This document shows, piece by piece, positions 24,991-64,000 of a stretch of DNA of 64,000 nucleotides; the first letter of the stretch is position 1, and each line of letters starts with the position of its first letter. The stretch is taken from contig NIVC01000415.1 in NCBI GenBank assembly GCA_002269645.1, positions 434,001-498,000 of the forward strand, read 5' to 3'. A program made the translations under genes and the position numbers. Under the pieces are notes generated by a model that saw only the letters and a program-made list of their open reading frames with translations, was not told the DNA's origin and made no database searches. The DNA is from Macrostomum lignano. Lineage: Eukaryota.

Positions 24991-25732
24991 GCATTTGCAG
25001 CCCATTTGGGCTTACGCGCATTGAATTTAATCCAAGATACGTTTGCCAATGTAACGGAGCTTTTGTCTATGGTAGCAAGGCTGGCGCAGCGGCATTTAAT
25101 TTGGTCCAAAAAGCATCAATTTGGTCCAAACACTCGTGAGCCATTGGACAAACTCTTGCCTTCTCTCAACCGTCTGCAGGTTGTTGCGCACCGCTGGAAT
25201 GTCAGCGTCTCTACCAAAAATTTTCAGTTGCTTTTCCAGAGCTCTGCTGATAGTCGAAATCTGATAACCAGCTGGAACTGTTCCCTCAACTTATGCTGCA
25301 TTTTCTGAAACGTCAACAAAGGGTTCGTCTCAACTGCATCGATTAGCAGTTGGACCTGAGGCTCTCGAGCAACTTGCCTTGGCGATTGCCACCCTTTCGC
25401 AGGCAATCTCTGCCGGCAGAGTTTCAACGCGCTGCTGGATGCTGTAAACCACATTTTCTTTTACATTCAGCAACCTTGCAATGTCCTTTGGGTGTTCACC
25501 TCCGTCGAGTGCTTCGATCACAAGCCAATGACATTCGTTCAACAGCCTAGCATATGGTCCACAATTCTGGGACTGAGCTGCAAATGAACTAAATGGACCA
25601 AATGGATGCTTGTTGGACCAAATTAAATGCCGCTGTGCCAGCCTTGCTACCATAGACAAAAGCTCCATTACTTTGACAAACATATCTTGGATTAAATTCG
25701 ATGCGCGTAAGCCCAAATGGGCTGCAAAAAGC
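24991..25732 (-). mobile_element. Internally deleted IS630-Tc1-mariner element 2
   Basis: TA flanks; ~140-bp TIRs (ORFs 25006+ and 25330- both start MGLRA.NLIQD); frameshifted N-terminal transposase remnant (KDIARLLNVKENVVYSI; LLIDAVETNPLLTFQKMQHKL); no DDE domain. Confidence 0.85.
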
Positions 25733-25829
25733 TATATTCGAATAATTGCACAAGGGCACCCCGCGGCGCAACGTCGTCGGTGTCATCGTCCCATTTCTGA
25801 ACATTCTACAGACTCCTGAGCACATCCAA

Positions 25830-26080
25830 GCGCTTTAATACCGTACGCAGGCAAACACTCGTACACACGCTCACACTGGGTGTACAGCGGCCCTGACTTT
25901 CTAATCATTATGCATGCACACTCGCTGTGCCTTAGGGCTATCCTTAATATACTGGCTGTGAATCACAAGACAACATGTACGCTCAGCACTAATTTTCGTG
26001 CACACAGCTGCCCCAAATGAACGCGACCCGCAAAATTAAGGAATCGAACCCAGGTGCCGTGGCGCGAGAGACAGACGCAA
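25830..26080 (-). mobile_element. Probable tRNA-derived SINE, second family
   Basis: B box GGTTCGATTCC near 26040-26050 on the minus strand; body segment GGGTGTACAG(A)GCGGCCCTGACTTTCT also present at ~4571-4597. Confidence 0.5.
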
Positions 26081-26987
26081 AGTCAAAATTCTTTGACCCA
26101 TTAAGAACACCCTAAAAATAAAAGTGTTGCTTTAATTTTACTTTGAAGGAAATGAAACAGCAAGATAATTAGTTTGCAGAAACCATTCGGGGGATCTTTA
26201 TACTTGGATGGGACAATGGGAATATTGGACACCCAACACTGGAGACTCTATTAATTTCATCCCCGGGACCTCGATAGGATCTCTCAGCAATTTTAGTCAA
26301 CAGATCCGGCCATGCAGCAGCTATCGACTCCAGCTCGCATTCCAGGGCTCATGTTGTCGCCCCTTTTCGCATCAGAACTTTTCAATTACGAGTAGGATTT
26401 GATCTTTGAAGTGGACATTAATGCGCGAAATAAGCTATATTGCACAACTTTGGGTAGCGAACTTACTAAGGACAACAGTGGTGAGTATTCTATGCGAAAC
26501 TCATGAAAATATTAGAATTCCGTATTATTCCGGATTCTGCTGTCAAATTTTGTTTTCCACTTCTCGAATTTCGGTCTGTCCGAGAGGCATAAAAAATCAA
26601 TAATCCAAAAAATATTGACAGCTACCAAATATAGTAACCAGAAAGTTCGATTAAATAAAAAGTTACGAGATCTTTATAAGTTGAGAAGTACTTTTATTCA
26701 TTTAGCCGTCCATTGCATTCAATAGTTACTTATTTTGAAATAAAATTTGGTATTTGGTAAACTAAATGCAAATAAAATAGTTCTGAGTAGCCGTTTTTGC
26801 CGCAATACAAAGAGTTCACCAGTTGCAGAAGTTATTTCTTTAGTAAAAATATTAATTTTACGCATAAAATTTGACGCTCATGTCTGTTGCGTCTACTATT
26901 AGTAGCGTTGCTTCGCATTTGTAAGTATTTTTCTAAAAAGAATCATTATAAAGGTTATAAAAGACATATATTATAACAAGCCAAGGA

Positions 26988-29900
26988 TCATTTCTTCTTC
27001 TCCTTCGAAGAGCCGTCAGCTCTTGATTCTCCCATTCCGGGCTCCTCCGAAGTGGCTGCAGTGGCGTCAGTTCTGTGATGCACTTTTTCCTGCTGCACTT
27101 TGCACACAAATCGTCGCCTAGAATGGCATCGTTCGTTGCGCAGACCGTCACCGGATAGGGTGACGCAGTTCATTGTCCAGGCTGGCTGATCCTGACTGCC
27201 TGCAGTGTTGCCGGTAGGCAAACCGTCATCGGTTTGGAGAGGATGACCGTTGGCCCAGTATGGATAGCCGGAGAGCTCACCTGAGAAATCGGTCCACTGA
27301 TAGCAGGGCTGTGGGAATATTAATAATGTTAATTGCAAAAAGGGTATGAGCGACCTGGGACAATGCCTTTGCCGACATCGTGTTCAGGCAATTCTGCCCT
27401 TGAGCACACGCAAGCGTACTTTATGCAGGCACGCAGGTGCACAGGGTTAGCCCTTGAATCGAACCAACTTTATAAATCGAATAAGTTAGTTTTAGGTTTG
27501 TTATGTTTTAGTTAAATTGGTTTTAAGTGCTTTTGAACTGTCTTCTTTCTAGAGGTGAAACTTCTTACTTAGCACCATAAATCTATAAGATTCCCAAGGA
27601 CGTCTCATCGACTACTTAAGTAAGAACTTTTTATCTGTAGTCTAATCAACTGATTCACCTGCAGTCTTATCAACTGATTCACCTGCAGTCTTATCAACTG
27701 ATTCACCTGCAGTCTTATCAACTGATTCACCTGCAGTCTTATCAACTGATTCACCTGCAGTCTTATCAACTGATTCACCTGCAGTCTTATCAACTGATTC
27801 ACCTGCAGTCTTATCAACTGATTCACCTGCAGTCTTATCAACTGATTAACCTGCAGTCTTATCAACTGATTCACCTGCAGTCTTATCAATTGATTCACCT
27901 GCAGTCTTATCAACTGATTCACCTGCAGTCTTATCAACTGATTCACATGCAGTCTTATCAACTGATTCACCTGCAGTCTTATCAACTGATTCACCTGCAG
28001 TCTTATCAACTGATTCACATGCAGTCTTATCAACTGATTCACCTGCAGTCTTATCAACTGATTCACCTGCAGTCTTATCAATTGATTCACTTGTAGTCTT
28101 ATCAACTGATTCACCTGCAGTCTTATCAACTGATTCACATGCAGTCTTATCAACTGATTCACCTGCAGTCTTATCAACTGATTCACCTGCAGTCTTATCA
28201 ACTGATTCACCTGCAGTCTTATCAACTGATTCACCTGCAGTCTTATCAACTGATTCACCTGCAGTCTTATCAACTGATTCACCTGCAGTCTTATCAACTG
28301 ATTCACCTGCAGTCTTATCAACTGATTCACCTGCAGTCTTCCCAACAGATTTGCTCGTAATTTTCTGACCAATCTCGAAAACTACGTAATGCAGATGTCT
28401 AACCATCTACGAGCATTACATAAATCGACAGTACTTGTTTGACTAGTTTCGGCAGTCTTGCCCCGCAGCAGGTATATCAATAGGTTCCCCTTTATCAAAT
28501 TCCCACGGCTGTACCTCATTCTCCCTAACAGGATAAGCGTGGCTCCTACGACAGGGACTCTGTCTGATTAAGCCAATCCACACGGTGCTTAACTGGCAGG
28601 TGTCCTTATCCAACTCGAGCGAGGCGATCAATCTGGCCTCAGCGGGACTGTGCACCGAAGCTAGATGACCGCCCAACTCGCGCTCGCAGTGCAGGCTGGC
28701 GTCGACGAAACTGGTGACAAAGTCGGACAACCAGTAGCAGTGGCCATTGAACTGCGACATTGGCGAGGAGCATCTGGAGAAGGGAGGAGGCAGTGTACAA
28801 TACAGTAGATGATAGGATCAGCTTATAGAAACAGAAGTACCTTTGACCCGTGCGAATTGGGCAGGTTATACTGCCTCACACCATACTGATGATACATCTC
28901 CCACAATAAGCGGGTTACAAACGCTTGACAAACTAATCAAACGTCCTACACTACACTGATCAAACGTCCTACAATAAACAAATCGAACAACCAAATGTCC
29001 TACACTAAACAGATCAAACGTCTTACACTAAACTGATCAAATTTCCTACACTAAACTGATCAAATGTCCTACACTAAACTGATCAAGTGTCCTACACTAA
29101 ACTGATCAAGTGTCCTACACTAAACTGATCAAATGTCCTACACTAAACTGATCAAGTGTCCTACACTAAACTGATCAAGTGTCCTACACTAAACTGATCA
29201 AATGTCCTACACTAAACTGATCAAATGTCCTCACTAAACTGATCAAACGTCCTACACTAAACTGATCAAGTGTCCTACACTAAACTGATCAAATGTCCTA
29301 CACTAAACTGATCAAGTGTCCTACACTAAACTCATGATACGGCTAACCTACAATCTCCAGCATAAGAAGGCGCAGCTGACTCATTCTAAACCAAAATCTA
29401 ACCACTGCAAATCAATTTACTGCCTAACGAAACTCACCTGCCAGCATCATGAACAGTAGAGGCAGTTTTGCACACAAACGGCAGTCTCTCGTGATAATGC
29501 TCGTTAGTCCAGGCCAGTCCTTCCGCTAGAAGAGCCCCAGCGTGTCGGTCTGGCATCGATTGCGTCGACACATTGTGACAGCTCTGATAGAATCCGGCAT
29601 CGGCGGCTCCACTGCTGCCATTCCCCGACGATGAAGCTGCCGCGCCCTCGTCCTCGGTCCAATCGTAGCTGCTCGGCTCGCCAATCCGATGCAGATCCGT
29701 AGCGAACCGGCCAATCCAGACTCTCCGACATCCGGTTAGTTTGCCAATCAGGCGATTCTCTTCTGTCGAACGAATCGATACCAGATGCCCGCCCCAGTGG
29801 CGACAGACCAGCTCAGCCGGGTACCAGGCCTTCCGCCTGCCGACGTACCGGTAGCAGAAGCCGGAGTGTTCCAACCATTGCGAGTCGATCTCGTCTTCGC

Positions 29901-30048
29901 CAGCTGACGGCGAATTGCCGAGATAAAAGTCGTCCGATGCCATGGGAGGATCCGACGGTGCTGGGCAGAGGCCAAAAGCCAAGCGCGTCAGCTGATGATG
30001 GGATAGCAGGGCTAACAGGATGTTTATGAGGCGGGATGGGTTAGCCAT
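26988..30048 (-). CDS. Secreted protein with two C-type lectin-like domains, 396 aa
   Basis: Exons 30048-29438, 28773-28515, 27308-26988 (phases 2 and 0 match). N-terminal hydrophobic stretch; CTLD1 FCYRY...W..AELVC...GGHLVSI.S.EEN...WIG...LPFVCK; CTLD2 HCYW...A..HC..LGGHLASVHS..E...WIGL...YQWTD...NC...RFVCK. Confidence 0.92.
27640..28340. repeat. 24-bp minisatellite (ATCAACTGATTCACCTGCAGTCTT), ~29 units, lectin intron 2
   Basis: Near-perfect tandem units; explains LQVNQLIR, KTAGESVD and QSYQLIHL ORFs. Confidence 0.98.
28955..29332. repeat. 23-bp minisatellite (CTACACTAAACTGATCAAATGTC), lectin intron 1
   Basis: Tandem units, degenerate at the left end. Confidence 0.95.
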
Positions 30049-30914
30049 GTTATCGAACTTTAACTAGCTAACTCTCAACGAACTTTGCCAACTGGTGTGC
30101 TTGATTAAAACTGAACTAACCACTTCATATTATTAGACTTTTATTCTGATTGTTTACAAGCCAATTCAAGCTTGATTATTGAGAGAGCCCTGGCCATAGA
30201 ACAAAAATACTTTTAATTGCCTTTGCTTTGAGACACGAAAATGAATTTATCTGAAAATGAATGAGAAATGAATATGAATCTATCTATCTATCTATTAGAT
30301 TATAGTATAGATTACTTCGCTATGGACTCTCAAACTGCTCAACTAAATTACACCAAATTTTGCACCCACCCTAAACTTACTACGGAGAATATCTTAGGCT
30401 ACCTTAAAATTTCCTAACTAAAAGTTCTCAAATGTGCGATTTTTCACAAAATCCTACATAGCCCCGCTTCAGCTTTACCAATCCTCTTCAAATTTGATAC
30501 AATCAATTTTAAACTATTTTGACACAATCGTGTAAAATTTAAAGTCTCAGAGTTAATACTGAACGGCGCTGTGTACTTTTAAAGTTAGGCTGTTTTTTGT
30601 CAGCGAGAGAGCCACCACAACCTCCGCCTGCCTCTTTCCCGATCTGCGCGCAGAGAGGGTAAATGGGTTTAAAAATAGACTATCTGGGCTCTCCATAGGC
30701 CCATAGTTAGTTGGAGGCTGAAACCGAAAGTGGGAGTTTGGGCCATAGACAATTACTAGCTTGGGGGCAAAAGAAGGTACTTTTATTAAATGCAGCGAGA
30801 TGTGCAAACATGGGGTTTAAAAATTGACTAATTTAATTTGGCTGCCATAAGTTTGCTCCACCTAAAGCGATTGACTTCAAAATAGAGTCATTGAGTCATT
30901 CTCTGTAAATTGAA

Positions 30915-31735
<821 letters not shown>

Positions 31736-31987
31736 GTCTGTTGTCTGTTAGTCGACTTGTCAGTGCTTGACAAAAGATGCACAGACTCGTAAAACACGGC
31801 AAATTTTATCAGTTTTTTATAAAATCATATATGGATACAAATCTCTAATAAGTTTGTATATTCCACATTTTATGTTGAAAGCAAGTTTTAACAAAATATA
31901 AGCATCTCTGCAGTCTCTCTGTGTACTTGATGTTCTATAATAACGGAGTCAGTAAAGTGCAGGTAACAGAAGCACCGTCCTCCAGTG

Positions 31988-39779
<7,792 letters not shown>

Positions 39780-41605
39780 AGCTTGTAAACTTTGCAGCAT
39801 TTTAAATTGAAGAAAACTTACTTTTGTAGATGGTTGAAGGTATTCTTCTGCGCTATACTGAGGAGAGTCAAACCTTCTGTTTATATAAAACGGCTGTGTT
39901 AACCCAGCCCTACACTTTTGCAGCATCTCTTGCAGTGCAGTAGCAGCAAGTACAATAGTGTAAATTCAAGTTTAATTGACAGTTACGTACATGGCATGCT
40001 TGCACAGCTTTACTTACTGTCAGCCAGTGCAGCTGGCCGGCAATGACCTGCCTCTGCATGTACAGCTGCACAATAGAAATTCTAGTCAAATACGCTCGTA
40101 CAGGCTAGTTAAAAGAGATACTATTTTTTGTTGAAGGTAATGCAATGGTTGCATGCAATTAAGCTACACTGTCTATAACTACGTGTTACCTACATATTAT
40201 TACTGCGTGTACATGTACTTGTCCATGTAATAATGGTACCACTACTAGCTTGGTATTGGTATCTTACTGTTAAATGACAATTCATTATTATATTGTGAAA
40301 TCGTTTTATCCGACGTACAACATGAATTATACGTACATGAATTATACGTATACAATATGTACAACAGACAGATCAATAAATTAAAGATAACTTTAACATT
40401 AACCATGCATGTTACATGATGTGGGTGCATTGATGCAATAGTAGCAATATTTACGAGTGTACGTAGTACTCGTAAATATTGCTCACGCATACAGCATGTA
40501 TTTGACAACGCCACGGTTATCTCAACTCACAGAAAGTACTAATACACTAATAGCGATTAGGCGTACTCAAAGACAGAATTTTTTTCGAAATAATTTTATC
40601 ATTATTTTATCATTAATAAGAAGTATAGGCTAATGTCAGCACGGCGGGATATTTCATCACTCGCATTTATCAATTTAATTTCATGTTTATAATCGACACA
40701 ACCTGTACATAATCTGCCGGGGTTTTAGACAGAAGAGAATAACAAAACAATACAATCAAATGTCAGAAAACTTCATGCATCAAAGTATAAATTTGTTCTT
40801 AACAACAAGAAATGACTTATACAATTTTCTGTTAAAGATCTTTTAAAAATAGTCAATCGGCATAGCATTAGATGGTCGTTTTAACTTCTTTGCCAAAAAT
40901 TTATTTTAGAGAATCTTTCCGCAAACTCAGCGAAAAAATCCGACATATTTGTGTATAATGCTGTTTTATTCTGCAGTTATGTGCAGCCCTTGTTGCTTTA
41001 TGTTAATTTTCTTTAAATATTAGTTTCATATAAAGGTTGACATTCAATGATGCTTGACTTTTATGTTTTAGTAATTCTGCAGTCCTGCAGACATATTATT
41101 GAAACTCTACAACCTAATCAAGATCAGGTGCAGATTAAAACATAAATACTTATTTTAGGAGCGAAATGTTCTGCACTTAAATAATTAAAAACATTTTGAG
41201 CAAATCATTCTAATAAGTGCTTACATGTTCTTTTTAATAACTTACAAATTCATTCTCGACTGCTAAGTGCGGTGATCTTAATTTTAAACTTTATTATAAA
41301 AAAAGCAGTTTAAGCTATCGGTTTTTATAGCACTATAAAAACTTTTAGTAAAAGCTATAATAAAAGTTTGTTAAAAATTAAAAACAGATTATTATTTTTT
41401 AATACCAAAAATGAACGTATTGTCAGCAGGGAATAATATAATATAGAATACAATAGAGTTAAATAATATGCTGCAGCAATTTTAAACAGGTTTTAAACTT
41501 AAAAAATTAGATAGACTGTAAAGTTTTTCTAATATGGAAAGAATAATAATAGTTTCTGATTATCTTGTGCATAAAATATAATCTATTCATGTTTTTATTT
41601 CAGCT

Positions 41606-59363
<17,758 letters not shown>

Positions 59364-60013
59364 AGCCGGCTGCAGGACGGCTGTGATTGACTACGGGGCT
59401 AATTAACGCTTGAATGAACCAACCTATCTGTAGAAATTTCATTGGATGATTCTGTTGCTATTTTTAGAAATTCTTCGCTCTTGCCTCTGATCACCCCAGC
59501 ACGTGACATATTTCAGCCAATAGAATATTAAGCACAGATTCACCTGCTGAAGCTCCGCAAGCGTATTTAATATTGCATGAAATTCAGATCTGTAAATGTT
59601 TCTGTCCCGTATTGCAATTTCAATTTAAAAATCAAAAGAAATATCACAAATGAAGAGCACAATAAACCAGAGATTTTGAACACGAAAAAGCTTCTTTAAA
59701 GCACCGCAATGTGTACTTTGCAAGATCTTTCTGAATTTTAATGCTTTTTTATAAATGCTCGAAAGACAGACATATGCGTAACATAGTACAGAAAATATAA
59801 TAGACAAGCGGAACAACCAATAGGTTTTTCCATCATAAAATAGCAACATAAGGATTAATATTTTCACATAGCCACAATAAATTTATGTTTATTAATACAA
59901 AAAACTGGAATACAAAACTTCGTAAGGAATTGCGCTAAGCTTTCTACTTTACATATCGGTAGTCGCCAGTCCAAGAGAAACGCCTTCAATCAATCAACTC
60001 TAATCTCGCTGCC

Positions 60014-62765
60014 TCACAAGTTACTTAAAGCCTCTCCAACTCGAACTCGTTGACCCGGATGTACTTTAAACTCGAAATTGTCCGGAGCTTCAAACACCAG
60101 CACTATAGTGCTGCCCAGATCGAATTCGCCAAACAGTTCACCTTTACTAAGCCGTAGGCCGCCCTGCTTAGACTGCAAATCCAAATCTCGGTAGGGAGCC
60201 AGCGGACCGCCTGCATTGGTGACTAGGTCCTGCGGTTGGGGCCATAGACAGTTCTTTATGAGCTTAGTTGGAATAACTGCTTCAGATCGTTGGCTTTTTG
60301 ATACGAACATTTGGGACCAGAAACTGCAGAGGATCTGGAAGGCTGGCCCAGCAACTAATGATCTGGGAGGCTGGTCCATCAACTGAGGATCTGGGAGGCT
60401 GGTGGCCCAGCAACTGAGGATCTGGGAGGCTGGTGGCCCAGCAACTGAGGATCTTAGAGGCTGGCCCAGCAACTGAGAATCTGGGAGGCTGGCCCAGCAT
60501 CTGAGGATCTGGGAGGCTGGCCCAGCAACTGAGGATCTGGGAGGCTGGCCCAGCATCTGAGGATCTGGGAGGCTGGCCCAGCAGCTGAGGATTTGTGAGG
60601 CTGGCCCAGCAGCTGACACTCTGGGAGGCTGGCCCATCAACTGAGGATCTGGGAGGCTCTCCAAGCTTCTTCAGAGATCTTTAAGCATGAATCAAACCTC
60701 ATATTAATTGAGGATTTTGAAGAGATACGCCAAATTTTGAAAGTATCTTTCGAAATAAATTTATGCTCAAGTTTTAACCATCCCTCACCTGATCCGCATA
60801 GACTCGAATATTTCCCACATTGGTAGCGCCAACCGCGGCATAAGCAAAGAATCCGTGCCTCCAGCTGCCGGTGAACACGGCTCGCTCGTTCAAGCAGAAC
60901 AGGCCTCGGACAAGCCCGGCCACGCCAGGCGACACGGACATCAAATAGCCGGGATAGTGACGCCGTCTTGACGCCTGCCAATCTGTCGGCGAATGGAATC
61001 GATGATAATCGCCGGGCGAAAGATAGATGACGCAGTGGTACAGGCTGCTGCCTGATGAGTGAGTCTTCAATCGGGAGTAATATTCTGAGTCGGGTAGGCG
61101 CGGGTTTGAGTTGTCGGAGGACAACGGACCGAGAAAGCTCTGCATGGGGCAGATTTTTAGCGATTATTAATACTTCGGTGTATTAAAGCAATCGAAAAAA
61201 GCGAAAATTTATAATTAGAATAAACGTTATATCTATTTACGAGTGTTTTATATGAAGTCTACTTTATCTATCTACAATCTACTGCATTTATCCGCAATAT
61301 AATGTATCTATCTCATAGACTATCTGCAATCCACAGCATATATCTACAATCTGCTGTATCTATCTGCAATCTACTGCATCTATCTGCAATCTACTGCATC
61401 CATCTGCAACCTACTGAATCTATCTGCAATCCACAGCATCTATCTGCAATCTACTGTATCTATCTGCAATCCACAGCATCTATCTGCAATCTACTGTATC
61501 TATCTGCAATCCACAGCATCTATCTACAATCTACTGTATCTATCTGCAATCCACAGCATCTATTTGCAATCTGCTGTATCTATCTGCAATCCACAGCATC
61601 TATCTGCAATCTACTGTATCTATCTGCAATCCAAAGCATCTATCTACAATCTGCTGTATCTATCTGCAATCCACAGCATCTATTTGCAATCTACTGTATC
61701 TATCTGCAATCCACAGCATCTATCTGCAATCTACTGTATCTATCTGCAATCCACAGCATCTATCTGCAATCTACTGTATCTATCTGTAATCCACAGCATC
61801 TATCTGCAACCTACTGAATCCATCTGCAACCTACTGAATCTATCTGCAACCTACTGAATCTATCTGCAACCTACTGAATCCATCTGCAACCTACTGAATC
61901 TATCTGCAACCTACTGAATCTATCTGCAACCTACTGAATCTATCTGCAACCTACTGAATCTATCTGCAACCTACTGAATCTATCTGCAATCTACTGAATC
62001 TGTCTACAATCTACTGAATCTATCTGCAATCTACTGAATCTATCTGCAATCTACTCTATCTATCAGCAATCTACTGCATCTAGCTATCTGCAATTCACAG
62101 CATCTATCTGCAAGCTACATCTACTCTATCCAAGCACCCTGACTACCTGCAGTGTATAATCGACACCCTTGACTTGTTCCAGGCGTCCATCAGGTTCGGC
62201 CCGACCCAGATGCAGCACCAAGCCATCAGCGGGCGCCACCAGGCCCACTTTCGCTGCCACAGGTCTTGCATCGGGTCGCAGCTCTCGCCTGAAGAATTCT
62301 GACAGATTCCTGTACCCAGTCAAGTCACTGTTAGCCACTTCAGTTAAATTGCAATGGAACAATCGGGCATACAGGCTGTAGGCTGGTTGGCGAGCGAATT
62401 CAGGCAGCTCGACATGCTGGCAGCGACCCCACAGTCGGGATAGCGCATTTAATGGTAGACGACGATAAACTCGAAGCTTTTTGTACAAAAAGGGTAAAAG
62501 GCGGGAGCAACTTTTTCTTTATGATGAGTGTTAGATGACTTGCTATCTAATTAGTAAGTTATTAAAAATGTAGTTCAAATATCACTCATACCCTAATAGA
62601 TGAGTCCTCCATGTAGATCGCATTCCAATTAGCCTTCTCTTCATTAGTCAGTGGTCGAAAAGCTAGCCAAGAAGAATATGCAATAGTGCCACTAGCACTA
62701 GCTATTGTCATCATTTTAATAATTCTCATTGCACTTTGGACTGGAATAAGCATATATTTGAACAT
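60014..62765 (-). CDS. PISD: Phosphatidylserine decarboxylase proenzyme (mitochondrial type), ~356 aa
   Basis: Exons 62765-62592, 62476-62147, 61139-60789, 60229-60014, all phase 0. Motifs LPLNALSRLWG, YRNLSEFFRRELRPDARP, PADG, QVKGVDY, IYLSPGDYHRFHSP, LNER, VGATNVG, GEFDLGSTIVLVFEAP (autocleavage LG|ST). First ATG inferred. Confidence 0.96.
60330..60660. repeat. 28-bp minisatellite (GGAGGCTGGCCCAGCAACTGAGGATCTG), PISD intron 3
   Basis: About 12 units; accounts for the N-terminal part of ORF 60014..60664. Confidence 0.95.
61265..62125. repeat. 16-bp-based minisatellite (TATCTGCAATCTACTG / ATCTGCAATCCACAGC), PISD intron 2
   Basis: Alternating variants forming a ~40-bp higher-order unit, then a simple 20-bp array. 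Confidence 0.95.
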
Positions 62766-64000
62766 ACTGTAATGAGAAATATATATGCATTTTAGTTTCA
62801 GAAACAAGAGTTTATACATAATTGTGCCCTACAAAAAATTAAGAAACTGATTAAATAAAAACATTATATTTTCTCACCTGTCCTAAGTTATCCTTAACAC
62901 AAATAAATTGTTACTAAATTAGCTTTTGTTATAGTAGAGGACAACTATACTATGTCTCTAGAGGATAGTTGTCTAGAGACAGATAGACAACTATCTATAG
63001 CCATATAAGCATAGTTAGAAGCAAAACTAGGGTTTTTTTCTAAATCGAAATCATTATATTTCTATAGGGCTAATCATAGCTATATTTTGAAAAAAATATT
63101 AAGAGCCAGTTTCTATGCATAACAGTTTCTATATATATATTTTTTACCAGTTTCTATGCATAACATTCCAAATGAAATTATAGCAAAACCAAAGTTCTTA
63201 GCAACTATAATTACTAAATAGGATAATTACTAAGTTATTATAAGCTTTTTGACCTCTTACAATATTCTTAAGACTAAGTAAGTGTCGATTTTTTAAATTT
63301 TCTACTGCTTTAACATTCAAAACTATAGAAATAGATAGGAAATATTTGATGGTAGCACTACAATTGCCTGCACACAACTGCCTGCGCAACAACTGCTTTT
63401 GTTCAAGTTATAACATACTTTGAATTCATTACACAAAAACCTGTTTTTTCGCTGTTTGATATTTTAGTTTTTCTTCTAATTACTGATAATAACTATGATA
63501 ATACGCTCTGAGTTATTAAACAAGCTCAGCTAGCATACGTTTGTCTCCACACTCCACAGTCGTCGCAGGCAGTTGTCGTGCAGGCAGTTGTCGCGCAGGC
63601 AATTGTCGTGGAAGTATACTTAGGACTCAGGACTTGGGTTATACGTGCAGCAGGAAAATAAGCGTTCTTAGAAAATATAGTTTTCAAAATATACTTTCTG
63701 CCATTTGAAGAAATAGATAGATTTTAAGTAAAAACTTTTTCTTCAACCAAAAAATTGTTTAATTTAGTTCTAATGTTTTTCTGCATTAAAACACTTTTAA
63801 TATCGTTATAGTAGGTGTTTTTGATGTTTTTGGGACGAATTTAAAACTTCCAAATAAACCATTTCGACTTTTGAACAAATACTAAATACATCGGATTATA
63901 CTGGCAAAACAGGCTCCTTAAGCCTGAGCCAAATTTACTACTACTACTACTACTACGACTTATTTAAAAAATTTAAAGTAAATCGATTGTGTCAAACTGC

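Noticed and set aside
27605-28406. LQVNQLIR and KTAGESVD repeat proteins
   Set aside because: 24-bp array inside lectin intron 2; the flanking exons join in phase without it.
30270-30770. Possible Helitron/HINE fragment starting ATCTATCTATC
   Set aside because: No convincing 3' hairpin plus CTRR end and no second copy in the window.
60230-60664. N-terminal repeat part of ORF 60014..60664 as PISD sequence
   Set aside because: Intron 3 array; PISD resumes at the acceptor at 60229.

Overview
Eukaryotic (invertebrate metazoan) genomic DNA with spliceosomal introns. GC-rich, Gln/Ala-repeat-rich exons separated by short AT-rich or minisatellite-filled introns resemble the flatworm Macrostomum lignano (inference from style only). 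Gene models built by hand from splice sites and reading-frame phase: (1) a minus-strand LIM-domain gene (1001-4432, continuing off the left edge) with a 2.6-kb disordered ORF upstream (5729-8335); (2) a 97-aa secreted Cys-containing peptide precursor (18787-19080, -); (3) a secreted double C-type-lectin-domain gene (26988-30048, -); (4) an NRF-6/OACYL-type acyltransferase-3 gene (31988-39779, -); (5) SANBR/KIAA1841 (41606-59363, +) with a GC-AG intron; (6) phosphatidylserine decarboxylase PISD (60014-62765, -). Mobile DNA: a tRNA/CORE SINE, a probable second SINE, two hAT-type MITEs with 8-bp TSDs, a 1.8-kb foldback/Mutator-like element with a 9-bp TSD, three internally deleted IS630-Tc1-mariner elements, and a decayed Ty3/Gypsy element interrupted by a younger Gypsy fragment. 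About 30 tandem arrays (mostly 13-30-bp units) fill most long introns and explain most long ORFs in the supplied track. No CRISPR array, rRNA or intact tRNA gene seen. No single clearly new system is proven; the best leads are the orphan peptide precursor, the intron-minisatellite pattern with splice-site-like units, and the foldback element. Array and decayed-element boundaries are approximate.
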